From: Eledone cirrhosa | Taxonomy: Eukaryota | Assembly (NCBI GenBank): GCA_964016885.1 | Contig: OZ024741.1 | Coordinates: 81,158,001 to 81,222,000 of the forward strand | DNA: 64,000 nt | Direction: 5' to 3' | Shown: positions 62,473 through 64,000 of the stretch, in pieces | How positions within the stretch are numbered: position 1 is the first letter of the stretch | Layout: each line of letters starts with the position of its first letter | Translations under genes and position numbers: made by a program | Notes under the pieces: generated by a model | What the model was told of the DNA's origin: nothing | Seen by the model: only the letters and a program-made list of their open reading frames with translations | The model's database searches: none

Positions 62473-63727
62473 CCCTTTAGCATTCGCATTAATTTTCAAA
62501 CGTCATGCTTATCTGTTCGCATTATTTTCAGTTAATCGGTAGAGGGTTGGACGCCATGCTTTCTAGCACAGTTACGTCCCTTTACAGTCTGAGTTCAAAT
62601 CCCGCTGCGGTTAACTTTGCCTTTCATCCTTACGGGGTCGATAAAATAAAGTACCAGTAACGTACTGGCTAATTGCTGGCCTTGTGCCTAAAGTAGAAAC
62701 AATTATTTGTTAATTGTACTCAAGAGGGTTATCAATTTTATTTGTTTGTAATTTTCTTAATTTTCTATGTGCAGGCTTGAAATTTTGTCAGTAGATGTTT
62801 AAATATCAATAATTTATAATTATATAATTTTACCTGACTTTAATGGGCAGGTGAAATTAATTAATAGGGGCATTTGAAGTATCAATCAGGTGCAAATACT
62901 GGTTTAATTTTAAATACGTTGTTTTCGGCATAATACTTGATATATAAGAATCACTAAACTTTATATCAGTGCTCCAGTAATTCCACAGTCTTGGAAATTG
63001 TTTTATACCGAACATAATATTTACGGTAAAAAATACTTGCATTTCCGCAACATCTGTTGGTCGCCATAACAGATCGGGTTTTCCTCGATTTGAAATCTGT
63101 TGTTGGGTATATCGATTAATCTCTTCTGCCACAACTTCGAAGAAAAGTTTGTGGTAAAAACAAAAAGAAATAATCCAGTGCTTTAGCATCGGGAGCTAAT
63201 GTGTGTTGTGGACCAGTATTTTGAATAAAATCGGGAACATATATTGGTGGTATTTTTCAACCACGTTGCTGTAATATTTTCAATGGCATCTGGAGACCTC
63301 CTTCATTTTCACTTTCAAAACAATCAACATAGGACGAAATTTCAGAAATGTAAACATCAGATTCATTTGAAGATAAATCACTAATATTATCTTTTGTTTC
63401 TTGTTTATTCTGAATGTCGATGTGTGTAAAACCTTCAAAGTCGGTATCACTACTTTCATAAGCCATGTTGATACAAAAAAAAAATTTGTTGCACTTTCAA
63501 AGTTAAAAAAACACTTGTTGTTTTAAGTTGTTCCACTATATTAAGTGTTAATTTTCACGGTAAGAGCCTAATCTCGCAGCAGTCTCGAATTGACGAGGTT
63601 TTGATGATGGTTTGTTTATTTTTAGAACAATATTTTAGTGTGGGTGTTATCGGCCGGTTTCGAGCGGTTTGAACAAATGAAGGGGAAATAATTTTGGCCG
63701 GTTTTGGGCGATTTGAACACTAAAGGG
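62473..63727 (-). mobile_element. Internally deleted piggyBac transposon with TTAA TSD
   Basis: TTAA|CCCTTTAGCATTC ... GAACACTAAAGGG|TTAA; ORFs 63257-63466 (SSDTDFEGF acidic N-terminus) and 62857-63189 (EEINRY..WRPTDVAEM..YWSTD..IMP..YLHLID), PGBD4-like; catalytic core absent. Confidence 0.92.
62536..62705 (+). mobile_element. SINE family B nested inside the piggyBac
   Basis: Matches 52497-52670; GTTAAT on both sides is a possible TSD. Confidence 0.88.
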
Positions 63728-63749
63728 TTAAATGATGATGATATATCAA

Positions 63750-63965
63750 TCAAAGAGAAATAACAAAGCAAATGACAGTACAATGAAGAAATATATTAGT
63801 TTTATGCTTGATATAGTAGGAAAAGAGTCTTAACATTTTGGGTGCTAGTTCTTCATCAGAAAATAGAATGAGAAATTAAAGAAGAAATAGAAAGATAGAG
63901 CAGAATGCGCAATGGTAGAAACAAAAAAAAAAAAACACAAAAAAAAGAATAGGTCTATTTCAGTC
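63750..63965 (-). mobile_element. Penelope-like terminal remnant with a degenerate hammerhead (family of 26960-27185)
   Basis: Minus: TTCTGATGAAGAACTAGCACCCAAAATGTTAAGA; flanks similar to 26960-27185. Confidence 0.5.
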
Positions 63966-64000
63966 TCTTGGAAAACTGTTGTATCTGGCATTGATAAATA

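Overview
AT-rich eukaryotic DNA dense in microsatellites and transposable elements (TEs). It is most likely intronic or intergenic sequence from a coleoid cephalopod (octopus-like; inferred from the SINE/MITE families and repeat landscape, not from a marker gene). No convincing host CDS is present, and most listed ORFs are translations of (TA)n/(CA)n/(GAT)n repeats or antisense to TEs. Recognisable content: several RTE-clade LINEs (one near full-length at 3856-7497, one with an open RT ORF at 49635-51263) whose RT carries an embedded PHD-type zinc finger; a 5'-truncated Tx1/L1 LINE with a target-site duplication (TSD); an R4-like fragment; a probable solo LTR; an intact-ORF DD37D (maT) transposon plus a partial copy; deleted mariner, Tigger/pogo and piggyBac elements; Helitron remnants; TTAA MITEs; and at least two tRNA-derived SINE families, one using the RTE 3' tail. 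The most notable signals are (i) fold-back palindromic elements carrying minimal type-I hammerhead ribozyme motifs of Penelope type (31303-31669, 35878-36097, 53895-54056) plus several degenerate solo motifs, (ii) a textbook twin-priming 5' inversion in an RTE element (1568-2050), (iii) a candidate recursive splice site with an all-frame-stop RS-exon, and several microexon candidates, all on the minus strand, and (iv) the PHD finger inside the RTE RT. Coordinates were read by eye; those for degenerate repeats are approximate.
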